NCBI GenBank assembly: GCA_003971905.1
Contig: RSEE01000028.1
Coordinates: 434,001 to 498,000, forward strand
Direction of reading: 5' to 3'
Source: Moniliella sp. 'wahieum'
Lineage: Eukaryota
Length of the DNA stretch: 64,000 nucleotides
Position numbers and translations under genes: made by a program. Positions 53,024 to 64,000 of this stretch are shown here, in pieces (the stretch's first letter is position 1; each line of letters begins with the position of its first letter). Under the pieces are notes generated by a model. The model was not told where the DNA came from. It was given only the letters and a program-made list of their open reading frames with translations, and made no database searches.

Positions 53024-53625
53024 GTCGGCCGTGGGCGGCTGTGGGGAGATGGTGGGGGCAGGGCAGGTCAGCATGTCTGCAGCGAGGCGGGGAGAAGGGG
53101 AACGAGAGACGGCGGGCGGCGGGGAGAGACGTACGGCGACACAGGACATGGAGGGTGATGGGGCGGAGAGGGGCGGAGGCGGCGGGAGCAGCGGAGGCGG
53201 AGGTGGGGCCGAGGCAAGCAGGCAGGGCAGGGTGGCCAGCAGGCACGAGGGCGTGCTGGGTCCAGACAGGGTCCAAGGCCAGGGCGCCGACAGCGCAGCT
53301 GGGCAGGCGGGCGCTGTGCGTGCCTGGCCGGCCGGAGCGCAGGCAGCAAGCACCGCAGCCCAGCCGCCACGGGGGCAGTCGCATATGCACATGCTCTTCG
53401 ACCGATCATCGATCCATGAGCGATCCAAAGACGACTCTAGGCAGACGCACGCTCTGTGCACGCCCTCGCACCCTCCGCTGCACTCCCCCTCGCACCCCCT
53501 CGCAGCAGTGCTTGGCAAGCGCTGTGCCCGCGCTGCGTTCGCGGTGCGCACAGCCGGCCGCACAGCCCAGCCACTGCCCTGTGCCTCGCGATCACCCGGG
53601 GGCGCCTGGGGTGGCACGGGACGCA

Positions 53626-56017
53626 TGATGCATGATGCATGACGAGCGACTAGTGACTCGTAGTGATCGTGGTGGTGACATGGACATGCAGCAGGCGACA
53701 GGCGACATGCGCCAGGCGGCAACAGGCGGCAACCGGCGCAGGCTGGCATCTGGCCCCAGAGGAGCATGTTGGTGCACACAGCTTTGCCAGCGCAGCTGCA
53801 TCCCACCTCCTGCATGGCCATCGGCGCACCGAGCACCGAGCATCCCAGCCTCCCCTCCCGCACTGGGCCTCAGCACCAGTGTGCGGTGGCACCTGTCACA
53901 TGTCACATGTCATGCATCATGCATCTTGTAACATGTGACACATGCTCCGACAGGTGCGCGTGACATGCACACGCGCGACATGCGACAGCGCACCCTAGCG
54001 CCCTCCGCCCCCCTGCCTGCCCCCTGCTCGTCCTCCTCTGCTCTCCTGCCGCTGTTGCAGCGTGTTTGCCCCATGCGGCATCTGTTACGCGGCAAGTATG
54101 TACCCCGGGCTTGAGGCGGCCGGCTTGAAGCTTGACGCGTGACGCGCGTGACGCCTCAGCCTGAGGCTCACCTGAGGCCTGAGGGATTAATGATCGATGA
54201 TGTTGTCAGTGTGCGTGATGCAGATGACATAATGCATGATGCTCAGCTAGATAATCGATAACTTCGATAATCGATAACTAGAACTGGCGCAAATCGGTGA
54301 CGCGCACGTAACAAGTAACGCGTACACAGTAATCATAGTAGCCGGGTAGCCGGTATCCGGTAATCGGCACCCGGCTGCTCAGCCTGAGCGGCTCAGCGCG
54401 CGTCCCAAACAACCGGTAAGCATCAAGTGTTCAGGGTGTTATTTACGTGTTCAGTTGAACTTGAACGTTGAGCGTACGTTGACGCATTAACGGGTTGAAC
54501 GTTGAACGTTGAACGTTGACAGCGTCCATGGTTTCTGCGTCCGGAGTTCCACGTTCCACGTTCAACCGAACGTTCAACGTCCCCAGCTGTTGGGAGTATA
54601 GCACACCTGCGGTCAAATCCACCGTTCCCTCCACCATGCGCCATGCTGTTTCGGGGGTAGGATTGGACGTTGGGGTTGGCTACTTCAGTCACTAGTCACA
54701 CATGTTAGTCACAGGAGCCTAACTAGTAACTGGTAACTAGATGTCTGGCTGTGACATGTGACACATGTGACATGTGACATGTGACATGTGAGCCGCCGCG
54801 AGCGTGAGGCGTGAGGCGTGAGGCCAGCGCGTTATAGGCGCGGAAGCGCGCCCTGAAGCTTGAAGCTTGAAGCTTGACCCTAGCTATAGCTTTTGCCCGC
54901 CTGAAGCTTGAGAGTTTTTGAGCCCTACATCAGTTTATGGTTAGGCGCAGCGTTTCTTTGTCCCAGCCTTACGCTTAGGCGCTTAAGCTCTGTAGATGAT
55001 CGATAATAGATGAGACTGAGTACTGAGTTCAGAAGTACTAACTAACAACTTAAAAGAACGCGTCATGACGAGTGACGTGACGTGGCCGTGACGTTGATCA
55101 TAATAAAGGAGGTGATAATTATCCGTGGCGCTCTTCACAGGCAGGCTCAGACCTCAAGGTATATCCGCAAAACCTGGCCATCGATCATGATCGCAGAGGC
55201 ACAGGTGCGGGAAGGCAGCCCAGCCATGGCTACTCTGGACCTCGCGTGTCTACGACCGCTGTTGAATATACGCGGAGTAGGGCCGCCATGTATCAGCTGA
55301 CACATCGGATCCCAACATGCAATCCTCCTCCCTCAAGTAAGCGGGTGATTTCTTGAGCGGAATGTAGCACGATCACTAGCATGGTCACTATAGCACTCAT
55401 GAGTATATGATGTGTACCCTGATAGTATCCCACCAACTGACGGGGCCGATGACATGCATGGCCGGGTGGTGTATTCGCCCGTTCTGTCCCGGGCTGCGTT
55501 GGATCTGAGCGGGGCCCGTCCGTGACACTTTCTTTGATTGGAAGTTCGACAGCTCTCCTGGGTGCCACCACATTCTGTAGCCAATATATGAGTATCTCCT
55601 CAATTAATTGAAATTCAAGTACCTGTGAGTCCGGAGTGTTCCGACTGCACCACAGGCCTCATTCCATAAGGAAACAACCCTCTCCCCTTCCCCTTGTCTT
55701 TACTGGTCTTAGCGCCTTAGCATGTTAGCGCTTAGCCCTCCCGCGACAGTGGCCCAGATGGGAAGCGTTTCTGGCGAGATTGCTGGAACAGCAAAAAGTA
55801 GTAACAAAAACCCACCCGCCGGCGCCCCGAGAGCTTTTTGATGTAGTAGCCAGAAGGACAGACAGGTTTATGAGACCCCCGAGACGGGAGAGGCCGAGGC
55901 CAGTGAGGGAGAGGCCTCGGTGAGTACGCGTGGCCAGACAGGGGCATGCCAAATTGATATCACACGCTGATGGGATTGACCGCTTATCCATTTAGTTTAA
56001 CGTTTAACGTTTAACGT
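53626..56017. repeat. Dense cluster of 7-bp TNA+palindrome arrays upstream of the homeobox gene
   Basis: TGCA 53626-53642, CATG/TGCA 53896-53923, AGCT/CGCG 54126-54146, GGCC 54173-54182, TCGA 54252-54277, ACGT 54496-54519, CTAG 54720-54740, CATG 54752-54791, AGCT 54854-54877, GTAC 55017-55026 and TTA-ACGT 55997-56017. Confidence 0.92.
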
Positions 56018-57859
56018 TTTTACGGTTCAACTTATCGACAGCTCTCCATTTTCTCAGTCTGCAGTGTTGGGTCTCCGCGCGTTTACGTTTTATCTGCTTT
56101 CAAAATGGGTACACAGTGGCGAGGTCCCAATTTCTCATCAGAACTCAAACTCCGATCTCAGATCCCGTTCTTCAGAGCAAAATCAGGTCTCCTAATCGCT
56201 GGAACACAGAGGATATAGGGGATCCAGATCGAGCCCTATATATAGTAGGTCGTATATATTGTGCCAGATGGAAGTGTGGGTGAGGTCTGTCAAGACCCTC
56301 TGAAGAGGCCCTGAGGCCTCAGCCTGATGCCTGAGGTATAGGAATTTGAAGCGTCACACCCACTCATCGCGCGTAAAAGAGGCACAGGAACATGCTAGTC
56401 ACATATGTCCGCATGCACGGCTATACCAAACACCCTACCTTTTGCACCCCCAAAGAAGTACAGAAGTACAAAACTCTATAAATGCCAAGTTCTTAGCACA
56501 AACTCTCTAGATGGTTAAAACGGAGGAGACGGTCCTTGTCTTGCTGAAGCGTGGAGGGTTCATACTAACAGTTCCTACCGTCTTCTTGTCCATCGAGACA
56601 GCCGAGAGGACGACGTGGTGCTGCTAGCTTTGCATTTGCGTTCACATTTACTCCGGTGTCTGTGCACGCCTCTGCAAACCATCCTGATGGAACCTATACA
56701 CCTCCCTATAGGTTGCCCATTTCATCGGTTCGACTCCGGGTCCTGTCTTCCTTCGCCGCTAGGAGGGTATCCTGTTGATGTGAAAGTTCGCTTGTCCCAG
56801 AGTGTCCCCCGGAGGGACGGGCGAGGTAAACCAGCGCAAGGGGAGCCCCAGGATGAAGGTAAAAATGAGAGGGAAAGGGATATGGCCCCTGGGACGGACG
56901 ACGACAGCATAGTTAATCATTAAGACCCAAAGAAGTGGAAAATGGGGTGGGGGCTGGTGGGCCCAAAGGGGTACCATGCCACCGTACTCGGGGACACCGG
57001 CAACGGGGGGTATAGCTCTTTGGACAGGATATGGGACAAGCGGGCCTCAAGAGCCAGGGAAAAACCTTTGTTGGATCCATACCAAGCGTGCAGTGGCCGA
57101 TGAGAATATCCACGTTTCCCCGCACCGCCGCACCAACAATAATGGCACATGAACGATGATCTGTCGTTCGGTTGCGTTAATAGGTCTGTCACATGTCACT
57201 GTTGATCAAACGTTGCCCCAAGCGCTGTTGGTGCATGCAATCTCACACCTTATGTAGTGCATAGTTCTCAATATATAATAGTCTTCTCTCCTTCAGCAGG
57301 TGGCCGCGGGGGGGGGGGGGGGAGGGGGGGTAGGTCATGGTTTCAAGCAGGGGAAACAATCCACGGAAGCGCGGCTTCGTACCCCGATTGGGAAGAATCC
57401 TCTGGCGATACGGTCGGGGTTGGATGATGACTCGTTGATGTATACTCCGTGAGATGCTGGGCGGGCGACAAAAAGGTAAAAATAAGCGAAACGAAAAACA
57501 GGATGTTAACCTCCAGCCCGAAGAAACCCACCTGCCATCACAATGCACCGCGGGGGAAGAGGGCGCCCGGACGTGCAGGATATCTCCACGTGGTAGGGGC
57601 AAGACAGCTTGGTGTTGTAGGTGTTGCTCTCTCCTGTCTGCTGGACTCGGCTGTATACCGCCCTCGCCTTGTTTGCAGCTCAGGCGCTGAGGCTGAGGTA
57701 TGCCGAAGTGAAACTTTCACGGGTTCCACGTGGCCCACATCGCTGGCTTCGCTCACCAAAGGATGGATCGTTTGATATGCCCCCACCATCCTGAAGCTTC
57801 GAGGTTGACGTCTCGCCTCTGCGCTTCCTGCCCAGTTGACGCCCAAGGCGACGACTGCC

Positions 57860-59909
57860 ATGTCCTCCTCTTCCTCCGCCTACGATGACGATGATGAGTC
57901 GGGGATGCTCAGCGTTCTGATGATCATCGCCTTCACCCTAACCGTACTCGTCCTTGCCCTGTTGGCCGGTGGGGCTCAAGTGTTTGAGCGCCATGTGCGC
58001 ACGGCGCGCCGACGTAACCGGGCCAGAAGAAGGGCCTTGATCCGAAGACTCGGTCTTCCCCCCACTTTCTCTCCCGATTCAACTAGTCACCCCGACGTGG
58101 CCATCACCTCAGCCACCAACATTTTCTTCTGGCCGCCCCCCTGTGGCCCCCACCGCAGCCTCGGCTCCTACGGAATGGGTACTTGCTTGTGGGCTTCTTG
58201 CACCCCTATGCCAATGCTGGTGGTGGTGGGGAGCGCGTTCTGTTCCATGCGCTGGACTGGGTCATCAGAGAACATCCTTCGGCCGTGTGCGTCGTCTACA
58301 CGGGCGACATCCATCCGGACCTGGGCTTGGGAACTCAATTTTCTTCCAGTTCGCTGAACGCGGTCATGTCTGCTATCCCCTCTGCCCGGGCCACGGCCGT
58401 TTCTATTGCGGAGCGAGTGCTGCTCAGCCCCGCTCCCTTGTTGCGCCCGATGGATCCAAATATGTGGATGGGGCGGAGATCCTCGAGCAAGCCCACAAAC
58501 GGTTTGGTGTCCACTTGCCCTCGAACCGAGTCTACTTTTTGCCAGTCAAGTCTCGTCATTTGCTCGGCGACAGCTGGAAACGGTTCACTCTTGCTGGGCA
58601 AGCGTTTGGCGCGGCCATGGTGGCTTCCGAAGCTATGACCCAGGTCACGCCCGATCTGCTCATTGACACTACGGGTTTGGCCTTTGCTTCTCCAATGGCA
58701 CGCGCCTACAACTCTCGCTTGCCTGTGGCTAGTTACACCCACTATCCTGCTCTCACACGCACCATGCTCGGCCGTGTTGCGTCACGGCAGCAGGGTCACA
58801 CCAATTCGGCCGATGTGGTAAGCAGCGCTTGGCGGTCGCGTGCCAAGTTACTGTACTATCGTCTCTTTGCTCGTTTCTACACATGGGCCTTGCGTTCGCC
58901 AGATGCCTTGGTGGCCAATGGCTCGTGGACGCGCGCTCAACTCCGTGCCCTGCTCTACCCAACCGCGTACGATTTGGATTCCCAATTGGTGCCCGTCACC
59001 CCGGGCCGGCCCGACTTGGCCTCTGCCTCGGACCAGGCACAAGCACCGCCCCCGCGCAAGAGGGGAACCAAGGCGGCGGACATTGAAATTGTTTACCCGC
59101 CGGTGTGGCTGCCTTGTCGGTCTGCCCTCTCGACCCGCCCGGCGGACGGGCGGGGATTGTGTCTCTGGCCCAGTTCCGGCCTGAGAAGGAACATGTGACG
59201 CAACTGTACGCCCTTGCGGCGCTCCATGCGCTCCAAACTTCCCCCCCTTCCCAAGCCGAACAAGGCGACGAGAAAATTGAACCCAGCTTGAGCCCATTGC
59301 CTTTGCCCAAGCTCACACTCATTGGTGGCGTGCGGAACGCGACGGACGAGCGTCGGGTGGCGGCACTCAAGCAGCTGACGGCTCAGCTGGGATTGGAAGA
59401 TCATGTCGAGTTTGTTGTCAATGCGCCTTGGACCCATAGTGGACTTGCTTGCGCATGCCTCCATCGGCTTTTCCACCATGGTAGACGAACATTTTGGGAT
59501 TGGCGTGGTGGAGTTTATGGTACGTGCTGCGTCGGCCTGGCTAGCGTTGTCCTTCCTTTCCTTACTAACTCTCGGACTTCAGGCCGCCGGGTTGATTACC
59601 CTCTCGCACACCTCGGCCGGGCCGTGGCTCGATATCGCGGTACCTGAGTGGGAAGAGGTAGAGCAGGACGGCACGCCTACCTGGACCTTATCTCGCACTG
59701 GCTTCCACGCGAGTGATGTCGACTCGTACGCTGCCACTCTGGATTCGATTCTGCGCCTGCCTAGCGAGGCGCAGATGGCCATCCGCCGCGCGGCGCGGGA
59801 GCGAGCGGAGCGGGTGTTTTCCGCCTCGGCATTCGAACGTTCGTTTGCCCTCCACATCTGGGCGCCGCTCCAGGACAAGATGCTGGCTCAGACCCGTAAG
59901 AAGCAGTGA
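57860..59909 (+). CDS. ALG11: GDP-Man:Man3GlcNAc2-PP-Dol alpha-1,2-mannosyltransferase
   Basis: N-terminal TM helix, [53 protein letters not shown] and [16 protein letters not shown] (intron ~59520-59582). Confidence 0.95.
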
Positions 59910-60127
59910 CAGACCAGGGTAGGAGATCTGCTCATCAAACTTTTCTATGATATGAATGCATTCTGTCGGTGCGGCAGGGAGAGTCTGCCACCAGCGTGCA
60001 GCCTGACGTTCTTCCAATGTATCTTTGAACCGTACAGGGAAGGGGACATTGCGTGAGCCCAGTCGGATGCGATGTCACGGATCGAATAGCAGCATGAGAA
60101 TCCGATGTGGCCATGGGACCGATGCGC

Positions 60128-60702
60128 TTAGAACAGTTTCTTGTTCTGTTCCGACGCCTTCTTGGTCGCCGCATACCCTTCCGCTCCCACCACAGCCACC
60201 GTCACAGCCGCTGCACCAGCCAGAACAGGCGGTTCAATCTTCTTGATCTCCTCTTGGTGCGTGTAGATGTAGTACCCAGCTCCGCCAAGCAACAGGAGGT
60301 TGACCGCCCCGAGGGCCGAGACCCAGTAGGCCGGGTGGTGCTAAACACCTGCCAAAAGTGCTTGGCTTCCTTTTTGGCATCGGCCGCCGCCTTGGCCGCT
60401 CTAATACCGTCCCGCGCGTCCGTCGTCAGTACTCAACTCAGCGATCAAGATGAACAGGATGTGGCCGCGGGTACAAAGCAAGAGTTCGGTACGCACTTGT
60501 CTTCCCATTCCTGGGCGGCCTTGTTGAGCTCCGCGGCGAGGCGGTGAGACTCGGCATCGGCGTTGCCCGCAGCCTGCTTGGCCTGCTTGCGCAGGTCCTT
60601 GGCCTTGGCACTGGCTGCCTTGTGGACTTCCTGCGCCTTGGCGCTCGCGTCGTCCACCACGGCCTTGGCGGTGGAGTCGATCTTTTGCTCGGTAGAGACC
60701 AT
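60128..60702 (-). CDS. Small protein with A/K-rich helical N-terminus and two C-terminal TM segments (OM14-like, tentative)
   Basis: MVSTEQKIDSTAKAVVDDASAKAQE..., intron 60401-60496, then AVNLLLLGGAGYYIYTH...AAAVTVAVVGAEGYAA. Stop at 60128. Confidence 0.7.
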
Positions 60703-61835
60703 GATGGAACGGTGGATGGGGCAGGGATGCAGGAACAACCGGAAGAGGTGGTGGATGGAAGGGGAAACGGGAAGAGAAGACCAGGGGGGGAGGGGGGTAG
60801 TGGATGGTGCCATTGGGCTGGCCAAGGGGAGTGTCCAAGGGTGCGGGTGATCCCGATCGGCGCGGGAGGAGCCGGGGGCAGCACGGGGAGGCTGTGGCGG
60901 CGGCGAGAGAGGGGCAATGGAGGGACACCGTGCATCGAGAGGATCGAATACTACCGAGCGCACATGAGACACATTCACAGATTCCGATTCCGTGCCCATC
61001 GCCTGGCTGGCGCGCTGCCTGCCGCTTGCCAGCCGGCGCAGGCGAGGCAGTGGGCGACACCTGGGGCCTGGAGCCATGGTGGCTCGCCAATGGGACCGAC
61101 GTCCAATGCTTCTGCTTCGACGGATTGGCCGTAGCGGATTCTACCGTGTGTGGTTTCATGTGAAGAAGTGGCGGTGGCGCCAACCGCACGGGCCTGCATC
61201 CCATCATGCATCCCGGCTGCCCAGCCGCACGGGGCCAGTGCGTGTGGTGCCCCGATCACATTCCCCCTCGCGATCTTCGATCGAAGATTGGAGCGTCAGA
61301 TTCCGATTCAGATCCCAGACGGCCTCGCAGCGCCTCCGACGCAGAGCCCCAGATTGTGCTGTCACCCGGTCACACCCACGAGCCAGCCTGGGCCGCGCGG
61401 ACCATTCATCGACGTCATCGCGTCACGCGTCACTAACCACCAGTGATCGATGGCACGTGGCATGTGGGCTTGCACCGAACGCAGGTGGAATGTGGAAGAG
61501 GGCATTGGAACTGCCTGGGTGCCGATTACGCAATGGGCGCTGGCGATGGCGCGTCGATGCCGGCTGGGGCCAGCGGGTGGCGAGCAGCGGACAGACGGGG
61601 CCGGGCGGAATGGGCAGAGGCGGAATGGGTGCAGGCGCCATGCTGGCCTCAGCCTGAGGAGCGCCTCAGCGCTTAGCTCAGCAGCCTCGGGTGGCGAGTC
61701 AGGCGGTGGCGCGCAAAGTCCAACTCCGGCTGAAGCTTCAAGTGAAGGCCGAAGGCACGCGCACGGGAAACACAATACACCACAGCCAGTGTTCTGTCCG
61801 TCCTCCCTTGCCACCACCACCACCATCCCCCCCAC

Positions 61836-63000
61836 ATGTGCCGCCTGCTTGTCTTCAAGGGCGCCGAGCCCATCCAGCTCAGCGAGCTCGTCACCCGGCC
61901 TGCCCACAGCATCATCAACCAGGCCTACGACTCTCGTCTCCGCCTCGACGCCACCCGCGCCGTCAACGGTGACGGCTTTGGCGTTGGCTGGTACGACGCC
62001 GACCTGCCCTCCTCTCCCCCCGCGTCCATTCCATCCGACGATGATCATTCCCTTTCCTCCGACGCGTCTACCTCCCCTTCTACTGCCTCCGCCGACCTTG
62101 ACGCAGCCGATGCCCCCGACCGTGGTGGCAACGACCACGACGCCAACCCCGCTGCGCCGTGCATCTTCACCTCTGTCACGCCCGCCTGGAACAATGCCAA
62201 CCTGCACCGCCTGGCTGACAAGATTCGCAGCCCCCTCGTTTTTGCCCACGTTCGTGCCTCCACAGCCGGGGCTCTTGCGGAAACCAATTGCCACCCATGG
62301 CGGTACGGACGGGTAATGTGGATGCATAATGGCCAAGTCGCCCAGTTCTCTTCCCACATCAAACGCCGCCTCCTTGCCTCTTTGCCCGACCATCTGTTTG
62401 CGTTCCCCCAGGGTCAGACCGACTCGGAGCATGCGTTTGCCCTCTTCTTGTCTCACTTGACCAATCCGGAACGTGCGACGCCCTTCGCGTGGCGCGAGCT
62501 GCGCGATGCGTTGCTTGCACGCACATTGCCGTTTGAATCGCTGGGCACGGAAGCAGGCGTGACCGAGCCGCTTCTCAACTTTGTCGCCACAGATGGCTGC
62601 AGTGTTGTAGCTTCCCGCTACGTTTCGTCCGCCACCGACGAAGCCGCGAGCCTCTACTTTTCTTCGGGCACCTCGTTTACCCCGCAGTCCTGGCAAGTAC
62701 CGCATGGTCAAGGCCGACAAGCGCGAGCGCTTGGCTGTCATCACATCCGAACCTCTCACCTTTGAGAAGGCCGATTGGATCCAAATCCGACCAACACCTG
62801 TGTCGTCATCACACCTCGGATCAACATCTTCAAGAGCCCATCCGCGACCAATTTGCGTCCGAACCGGGCGCGCCAGAACGCTCGCCTTCCTTTATTCTTC
62901 GCTCGGGATACAGCCCAACATTCCTGTCGGCCCTGCTGCGGAGCGGGCAAAGCAAGACACGTCGCAGGTGGTTCCCCCTGCTTCCCCCGCCGTCGCAGTA
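61836..63000 (+). CDS. DUG3: Class II glutamine amidotransferase Dug3 (glutathione degradation); may continue into the Rrd2 domain
   Basis: N-terminal nucleophile MCRLLVFKG, AVNGDGFGVGWY, PAWNNANL, FAHVRAST, NCHPW...WMHNG, GQTDSE, LNFVATDG and ITSEPLTFEKADW. Confidence 0.93.
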
Positions 63001-63299
63001 TCCTGCTTCTGCTTCTGCTTCTGTTTCTACTTCTGCTCCTGCCTCTGAGCCTACCGCTTCCGTTCCCGAGGTTCGGCTGACTGATCCCCCCTTGCCACCA
63101 AGCCCATTTCCTCGCCCTCCGCGACCACGCCCCAAGCCCCGTTGGTGGAGGCCAAAAAGGACGCATTGGCTGCGCTCCTGAAACGGCCCTCCAAGGCCCC
63201 CTCGCCCCCTGTTCTGTGACCAAAGAGGAGACGGATACCAGGTCCCCGATCCCCTTGGAGACGCCTAGCCTGAAGGTCACCCCCGTCCCTGCTGCTCAG

Positions 63300-64000
63300 C
63301 TGGAAGGCAGGAAGTTCGAGGCGCCGCCCAAGCGGTTCTCAGTGCGCATGGCATGGACCGCTGGCGCACTTCGCAGACATTTGAAGATGAAGTGTTGTCA
63401 TTCATTTGGGTTTTGAACCAGGCGGCATGGGGCCGGACGCTGCGGGACCCGCAGGTGCAAGATTCAGCGCCGGTCCAAGCGCTGCGCCAGTTGGTCCGCT
63501 CTGTCGATGCGCTGGTCCAGGCCACCCCGGCCGTGGAAACCAATTCGCGGTTTGGCAACCCCGCCTTCCGTGAATTTCACGCCAAGTTGGTGGCGGCCGT
63601 GCCGGAGCTGCATCGTGCGTTGCGACAAGCTGCGCCGCTTCCTCCAGGGGTGGAGAACGAAGTAGGGGTATACCTGACCGAGTCGTGGGGGTCGGTACAA
63701 CGGTTGGATTATGGTTCGGGGATGGAGCTGTCGTTTGTGCTGTATCTGTTGGGTTTGGTCAAGGTGGGCTACCTGGACTTGGAGAGGGATGGAGCGGCGA
63801 TGGTGCTACACGTGTTTTGGGATTACATCCAAGTCATGCGCCGGATCCAACAGACGTATTGGCTCGAACCGGCCGGCTCACATGGCGTGTGGGGGTTGGA
63901 CGATTACCATTTCCTTCCGTTTGTCTGGGGCTCGGCGCAGCTTGCCCCGCACAAGCACTTGCGTCCGCGCGCGATTCACGATGCCGGCCTGGTACAGGAC
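63300..64000 (+). CDS. RRD2: PP2A activator (PTPA) Rrd2-type domain, running off the window end
   Basis: SRFGNPAFR, YLTESWGSVQRLDYGSGMELSF and YWLEPAGSHGVWGLDDYHFLPFVWGSAQL. Confidence 0.93.

Noticed and set aside
53620..56020. Repeat cluster as a CRISPR array or telomeric repeats
   Set aside because: Units are 7 bp with no repeat-spacer structure, no cas genes and no TTAGGG-type motif, and the context is eukaryotic.
56100..57400. Possible small gene between the homeobox gene and ALG11
   Set aside because: Only short ORFs without recognisable motifs, so a call cannot be supported.
1..64000. Frameshifts in almost every gene, read as mass pseudogenisation or programmed frameshifting
   Set aside because: They also hit conserved housekeeping genes (SCC2, MED7, ALG11, GPD1), often at homopolymer runs, with motifs otherwise intact. 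Long-read indel error is far more likely.

Overview
Eukaryotic, GC-rich fungal genomic DNA, most likely from a basidiomycete. Introns are short GT-AG with CTAAC/CTGAC branch points. Nearly every gene is broken by single-base indels, most plausibly long-read consensus errors, so CDS ends are approximate. About 20 genes are recognisable: Scc2 cohesin loader, RTA1-family protein, Osh4/Kes1 OSBP, Med7, Gpd1, intron-containing tRNA-Phe, secretory lipase, Ilv6, Bap31, a Pbp1/ataxin-2-like protein, UNC-93-like MFS transporter, GH55 glucanase, FMO, TauD-like dioxygenase, TALE homeobox factor, Alg11, a small membrane protein, Dug3 and Rrd2/PTPA. There is also a deleted, composite LTR-retrotransposon relic with a 5-bp TSD. 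The most unusual signal is a window-wide family of about 30 short 7-bp-period arrays upstream of genes. They follow the rule (TNA + 4-bp palindrome)n, use at least 14 of the 16 possible palindromic cores, and switch core while keeping the 7-bp phase. A second candidate novelty is an apparent Dug3-Rrd2 gene fusion.
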